Source of the DNA: a virus
IMG/VR virus record: IMGVR_UViG_3300002052_000002
Location: 48,901 to 112,900 of that record
DNA length: 64,000 bases
Reading direction: 5' to 3' (one strand)
Shown here: piece after piece, positions 59,899-64,000 of the stretch
Numbering within the stretch: the stretch's first letter is position 1
How the letters are laid out: each line of letters starts with the position of its first letter
Notes under the pieces: generated by a model
Seen by the model: only the letters and a program-made list of their open reading frames with translations
Database searches by the model: none
Told to the model about the DNA's origin: nothing
Made by a program: the position numbers and the translations under genes

Positions 59899-60253
59899 AC
59901 TCTTCTCCAGAAAATATTGGTGTACAAACTCCTGTATGTGTATACCGTCCAAAGAACACTCGTGAACAAGGCATATCGCAATCTTTAGTCAGCGTGTGCA
60001 TTTTACTATGAGAACATTTAATAAGTTGGGCATACGCGTCAAAGAAAGTAATTAAGTATATAGCAGCAGGGACTATTATTACACCAGATATAATTGAAAG
60101 TATCCATAAAATTAAACGCATTTCCCACTCATCCCTACTCCAAGCGTAAAATTCTCTCCAAAATTCATGACGATGTTGAAGTAGTCCATAAAATAAACAT
60201 CCCCATCTTCCATTGCAACATCCTACTTGTTTTAAATGCTCTATTGTTTTCAT
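59861..60253 (-). CDS. Membrane hypothetical protein
   Basis: One TM helix; start lies within the direct repeat. Confidence 0.5.
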   Translation of the reverse strand: MKTIEHLKQVGCCNGRWGCLFYGLLQHRHEFWREFYAWSRDEWEMRLILWILSIISGVIIVPAAIYLITFFDAYAQLIKCSHSKMHTLTKDCDMPCSRVFFGRYTHTGVCTPIFSGEEYENLTTGQRICY

Positions 60254-60264
60254 CAGAACGGTAC
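60240..60264. repeat. 25-bp direct repeat, copy 1
   Basis: TCTATTGTTTTCATCAGAACGGTAC, identical at 60619-60643. Confidence 0.9.
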
Positions 60265-60282
60265 CCTTGTTCTCCTTTTGAC

Positions 60283-60486
60283 TTAGTCTATCCCTATAAT
60301 GTCTGTTAGCTTAAAAACGTCTAACCATTGTTTATCACAATCAAGACAAGTCACCTTAGAGGTAATTTCAGACAAATCTATATATGATAATTGAGTGCCA
60401 GGTTCGGAAATGCGCGCGCTGTTACAATATGGACATTGATAACCTTTATTCTTTAAATACGTTTGTTTTTGCTTTTTTGTTAACAT
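60283..60486 (-). CDS. Zinc-ribbon small protein
   Basis: CPYC...CLDC...W; GAGAGG RBS. Confidence 0.65.
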   Translation of the reverse strand: MLTKKQKQTYLKNKGYQCPYCNSARISEPGTQLSYIDLSEITSKVTCLDCDKQWLDVFKLTDIIGID

Positions 60487-60530
60487 TTTATCATCCTCTC
60501 TCTTTTAAACCACGGCTCATACTCTGCTCC

Positions 60531-60587
60531 ATACACGGACAGTCAGGGCGTCACTTAGTCAGCCTCCCTTGAACTCCGTGCGTGTAT
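60531..60587. other. Long imperfect palindrome / structured non-coding element
   Basis: ATACAC-GGA...TCC-(GTGC)-GTGTAT outer arms, GTCAGGG/CCCTTGAAC inner arms; GC-rich relative to the flanks. Confidence 0.6.
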
Positions 60588-60618
60588 CGCCTTCTCACAG
60601 TTTAGGCTTACTGGGTGT

Positions 60619-60643
60619 TCTATTGTTTTCATCAGAACGGTAC
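60619..60643. repeat. 25-bp direct repeat, copy 2
   Basis: Identical to 60240-60264. Confidence 0.9.
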
Positions 60644-61210
60644 TCTCTCTTCTTTTAGGTTTTCTCTTACTTCTAATAATGATTTGGTTGGTTCTTTTCT
60701 TTTGTATTCTAATTTAGCTATCATATATTCTACAGCTTCCCATGCTTCTTGCACCTTATTTATAGGCCACGCTTTGAGGGTATTCTTACTCGGAGCCATT
60801 TTAGAAACGTCAATGGCAAACGTAGCAAGGATGTCATCAGCTGTGCCCATAAGGACATTCCGCAAGGGATATACTTTTCCAGTCGAGTTAACAATGAAGC
60901 TATCGCCATCCAAAGTAAAAGCATTTCCTGCATATTTATTGTGTCTCCTTTGCCATCCTTTAAATCGTTCTATGGCCTTAACGCTTACTAATGATTCTGG
61001 CTTTGGGTACGCACTTGTTCTCATGAATCTGTATGCCTCGAATTGTACTCGAATATAGTCAGCGTAGTCTCCACCTAACTTATCCACTAATTGTCTGGCT
61101 CTGTCTAACGCCTCATATCTAGCACTTCCCTTTCTTGGGGATGGCACTGGCTTCTTAACTACTGCCCGCAAAGCAGCCATATAAAGTTCAATAAACAATC
61201 GAGTATTCAT
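60632..61210 (-). CDS. Hypothetical protein
   Basis: 192-aa ORF on the coding strand; YI..QF...YP.P motif. Confidence 0.55.
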   Translation of the reverse strand: MNTRLFIELYMAALRAVVKKPVPSPRKGSARYEALDRARQLVDKLGGDYADYIRVQFEAYRFMRTSAYPKPESLVSVKAIERFKGWQRRHNKYAGNAFTLDGDSFIVNSTGKVYPLRNVLMGTADDILATFAIDVSKMAPSKNTLKAWPINKVQEAWEAVEYMIAKLEYKRKEPTKSLLEVRENLKEERVPF

Positions 61211-61249
61211 TTATTAGTATACTCCCTCACTTTTAGTCCTCCTCACTTC

Positions 61250-61372
61250 TTATATTCCACCGCATTTTTTACGGAATGGGCATTTCTTCTTCCAACATTC
61301 ATACCGATGAATCTTCTTTTTTAAAAGCTCACACCAGCCCCATGCATATTCATCTGAAAAGAAATCGCTCAT
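61250..61372 (-). CDS. 40-aa Cys-containing peptide, absent from the ORF track
   Basis: MSDFFSDEYAWGWCELLKKKIHRYECWKKKCPFRKKCGGI; GAGGAG upstream. Confidence 0.4.
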   Translation of the reverse strand: MSDFFSDEYAWGWCELLKKKIHRYECWKKKCPFRKKCGGI

Positions 61373-61451
61373 TTCTCATACTCCTCTTTTATCCCCTCCG
61401 AATTAAATCCAGTGCTAAAATTACTAGCAACAGACACACCAGCGTTTGGTT

Positions 61452-61688
61452 TCATGTAAATGTCCTCCCATATAATAGACATCTTACAGGGATAAGCCTA
61501 TCCCTTTGTTTCTTAAAGACCCATGTACTATAACAACGGTCTCCTGTCGAACGGTCGTAGGAATTCTTTCCCTTCACATCGTACATTATACCACCAGTAT
61601 AGAACCCTTCTTTCTTCTGAACCCTTTCCAGCCATAAGATAATTGCTGGTTGCTTATTAATAATCACTGGTATTCTGCATTTAAACAT
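61452..61688 (-). CDS. Hypothetical protein
   Basis: Overlap-coupled in the operon. Confidence 0.45.
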   Translation of the reverse strand: MFKCRIPVIINKQPAIILWLERVQKKEGFYTGGIMYDVKGKNSYDRSTGDRCYSTWVFKKQRDRLIPVRCLLYGRTFT

Positions 61689-62202
61689 TTCTCATTCCTT
61701 TCGCAAGTTCTATAAGTTCAGTTGCACTGACTGGGAAATACTCCCAATTCTCTACACTGACATTTATAATATTCTTAAATGTCTTGAAGAGATGGTGTGT
61801 ATGCCCGCAAATCCATATCTTATCAGACATAGTTATTGAGGCAACAGGGTCATGGCATAAATAGAAATCATATTCAGGTAAATATAAAGAAGAATGTACA
61901 GACCTAAAACCACAATCTTCTATATAGTCTCGCCAACTCAACTTGTCGTGGTTGCCAAAAATAAGAATCTTATTGCCAGGAAGCTGTTCTGTAATCGTAG
62001 CTAAGAAGTTCTTATTTGCTGGCCCAACTAATGCCATATCCCCAACAAAATAAATAGTGTCATCAGGGGTCACTACTTTCCTATAGTTAGATATTAAAGT
62101 GTGCTTCATGCGGTCGGTGTTCTTGAAAGGGCGGTGGCAATATTCTATAATATTCGCATGCCCTAAATGCCAATCCGCTGTAAAATAATCCAATATTCTC
62201 AC
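61681..62202 (-). CDS. Calcineurin-like metallophosphoesterase
   Basis: FTADWHLGH.NII, VGD, GNHD, CH.P, GHTH. Confidence 0.88.
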   Translation of the reverse strand: MRILDYFTADWHLGHANIIEYCHRPFKNTDRMKHTLISNYRKVVTPDDTIYFVGDMALVGPANKNFLATITEQLPGNKILIFGNHDKLSWRDYIEDCGFRSVHSSLYLPEYDFYLCHDPVASITMSDKIWICGHTHHLFKTFKNIINVSVENWEYFPVSATELIELAKGMRNV

Positions 62203-62206
62203 CTCC

Positions 62207-62464
62207 TTATGATAGAACTCTTTCGATAGGTTCGTATCCTCTCTCTAATCTTTCCTGTTCCTTTTGTAGCATTATCTTCTTACGGTGTCTTAGATACCAA
62301 GATTGAAGAACCATAATACTGATAAAGAAAACCATGAATAGAAGTATTACGAAACAAAACATTCCCACTTCTTGGTCTACTCTTTTACTCATATCAATTC
62401 CAAAGAATGACCAAAATTGAGTGCTCCACTTAGCTAATGTTTCTATTGCTTTATCTTCCCACAT
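62207..62464 (-). CDS. Small membrane protein
   Basis: One TM helix. Confidence 0.5.
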   Translation of the reverse strand: MWEDKAIETLAKWSTQFWSFFGIDMSKRVDQEVGMFCFVILLFMVFFISIMVLQSWYLRHRKKIMLQKEQERLERGYEPIERVLS

Positions 62465-62465
62465 C

Positions 62466-63188
62466 TTAATCTTCTCTCGGTGGTCTAAAATGATTTTGAA
62501 TATGAACAGCTTCCCATTCTAGGTGGTCATATGCATATTTTGCCATATTATCCCAATCTTCAGGATTGGCATTGTAATACCATTGTACCCAATGGACTAA
62601 TTCGTGTGCAAGATTATGAACTTTAGCATCCTTAGTTATAAGAATTGCATTATTCCTATAATCAAAGATATTCGATCTTAGATTTCCTAGTTCATACCCC
62701 CATACAGAATCATTGTATTCATTTGTAACTTCTTCCGCACACAATATTGTTGGTATTGGGATATTAGGATTGAAGTCCCTCTTTAATAGAAAGAGAACTT
62801 CCCTTGCTACTACTTCTTGAACTATCTTACTGAAGGGGTCTCTCCAAAAAAGAGTATCTCGACCCTGCATTACGACCGCTTGGTTGAGTCCCCACTTCAT
62901 GCCCTCTTTAAGAGAAGCGTCCATCCATTCCACTAATTCAGGGTCTCTTCCATCTGTGTAACCATACCAAGGCCAATTAGCTATTGTATCGTTAAACTCA
63001 AATACCATATCAGGATTGTCATAATAAAGTCCTACGTTGAATCCTATCAGAGTAGCATGATGAATCTTTACTGACCGCTCAAATGGGATGTAGCTTTCTC
63101 GTTTAGCTATAAAGCGTCCTAGCATCCCTCCAATAATCAAAGACCCGATGACTGTGCTAATAACCGCAAAGTTTGTTAATTTTCCCAT
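62466..63188 (-). CDS. Membrane-anchored HExxH metallopeptidase-like protein
   Basis: N-terminal TM; LAHELVHWVQ and E.EA. Confidence 0.6.
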   Translation of the reverse strand: MGKLTNFAVISTVIGSLIIGGMLGRFIAKRESYIPFERSVKIHHATLIGFNVGLYYDNPDMVFEFNDTIANWPWYGYTDGRDPELVEWMDASLKEGMKWGLNQAVVMQGRDTLFWRDPFSKIVQEVVAREVLFLLKRDFNPNIPIPTILCAEEVTNEYNDSVWGYELGNLRSNIFDYRNNAILITKDAKVHNLAHELVHWVQWYYNANPEDWDNMAKYAYDHLEWEAVHIQNHFRPPRED

Positions 63189-63189
63189 C

Positions 63190-63365
63190 TTAACCTCCTA
63201 CTGTTTTACTTGCTTCTGTTGCCCGCTCAGTCTCCACTCTGGTCAATAGCTCATATATCAGCTTATATTCAGTTCTCCAACGTCGTCCATAAAGTTTCCA
63301 ACACTCAAGACAATCTACTCGTGGTTCTAAATACCCTTTATATCTTTGATGTTCTTTACATGCCA
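63190..63365 (-). CDS. Small Cys/His protein
   Basis: MACKEH..Y...P..DC..CW; start position approximate. Confidence 0.4.
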
Positions 63366-63572
63366 TCACCAACCTCCTGCTATATAATGTACTGCTAATG
63401 AGTAAATCATCATTGCGGCTATAAGTGATAATGCAAATAGGAAATTCTGTAGATGAGAAGCGGCTCTCCTAACCTCTATATAATTGCAGTCATCACATCG
63501 CCACAACTTTAGTCCATCTAATCCATCGACTTTATTCATGAATTCTTTACATGTCGGACATACTTTATTCAT
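63366..63572 (-). CDS. Zn-ribbon plus TM small protein
   Basis: CPTC...CDDC, hydrophobic C-terminus; AAGGAG RBS. Confidence 0.5.
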   Translation of the reverse strand: MNKVCPTCKEFMNKVDGLDGLKLWRCDDCNYIEVRRAASHLQNFLFALSLIAAMMIYSLAVHYIAGGW

Positions 63573-63681
63573 ACAATCTCCTTAACTGCTCCTGAATGTA
63601 TTTAGTATGCTCCCTATCGTGTTTCTTCCTACTCTTTGCTTTCTTCCTTATCTTATATATTTTCCTTACCCTGACTCTCAT
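63565..63681 (-). CDS. 38-aa basic peptide, absent from the ORF track
   Basis: MRVRVRKIYKIRKKAKSRKKH...; fills the gap. Confidence 0.35.
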   Translation of the reverse strand: MRVRVRKIYKIRKKAKSRKKHDREHTKYIQEQLRRLYE

Positions 63682-63892
63682 AATTTCTTTTTCCTATTCT
63701 CTCTTTGAATAATTTATGTTGGTGTCTTAGCATTTTTACAAGCCAACCTTCTGAAATACTGACTTGTCTATAAAACAGCAACGAGAACAAGTTTATAATG
63801 CCTTCGATAATTTGAAGAAACGTCCTCACATAATACATCCAGAGAGGAGTCCCTTTAGCTGTTCTGCATATCCAAATGTATTTCCTTACCAT
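63653..63892 (-). CDS. Hypothetical protein
   Basis: AGGAGG RBS. Confidence 0.45.
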   Translation of the reverse strand: MVRKYIWICRTAKGTPLWMYYVRTFLQIIEGIINLFSLLFYRQVSISEGWLVKMLRHQHKLFKERIGKRNYESQGKENI

Positions 63893-64000
63893 TTAGGACG
63901 ACCTCCTTTACTATGACTCTATTTCGTTGACTACTGCTTTAGCTAGATGCAAGACGACTACTCCACATAGGAGCGCCAGAGCCACTGGAACAAAAAGCAT

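Noticed and set aside
1-64000. tRNA genes, CRISPR array, integrase, terminase, stop-codon reassignment
   Set aside because: None recognised by eye; intergenic gaps are short and genes are full length in the standard code. A tRNAscan/Infernal run would be needed to exclude RNA genes formally.

Overview
A 64-kb internal segment of a tailed dsDNA bacteriophage genome with podovirus-like (short-tail) architecture, standard genetic code and GGAGG-type ribosome-binding sites. The two arms converge at about 41410. The + arm (1-41418) holds the late genes: virion proteins, portal, scaffold, SU10/DUF5309-type major capsid, a degenerate LAGLIDADG protein, adaptor, tail fibres including three paralogous C1q-like proteins, nozzle, DNA-ejection/polyvalent proteins, a degenerate PurD-like ATP-grasp protein, an 8-gene glycan-building cluster (5 glycosyltransferase domains, 2 SAM methyltransferases, a GT fused to a B12 radical SAM, a GNAT and a DegT aminotransferase) and an M15 endolysin plus holin. 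The - arm (41405-64000) holds replication and recombination genes: SbcC/D, RecA/UvsX, UvsY-like, gp32-like SSB, DEDD exonuclease, HNH, nucleotide-pool enzymes, a UDG-fused family A DNA polymerase, a sigma-factor-like protein, a primase-helicase and many small ORFs. No terminase, integrase, tRNA or CRISPR array was recognised. The most notable items are the glycosylation cluster, tandem pairs of unrelated micro-proteins sharing an MKILK(H/Q) N-terminus after both RecA-fold ATPases, a 379-bp cassette bounded by 25-bp direct repeats, a repeated promoter-like motif with a candidate phage sigma factor, an apparently circularly permuted SSB, and C1q-like paralogues with nested domain insertions. All family calls come from motif recognition by eye; no searches were run.
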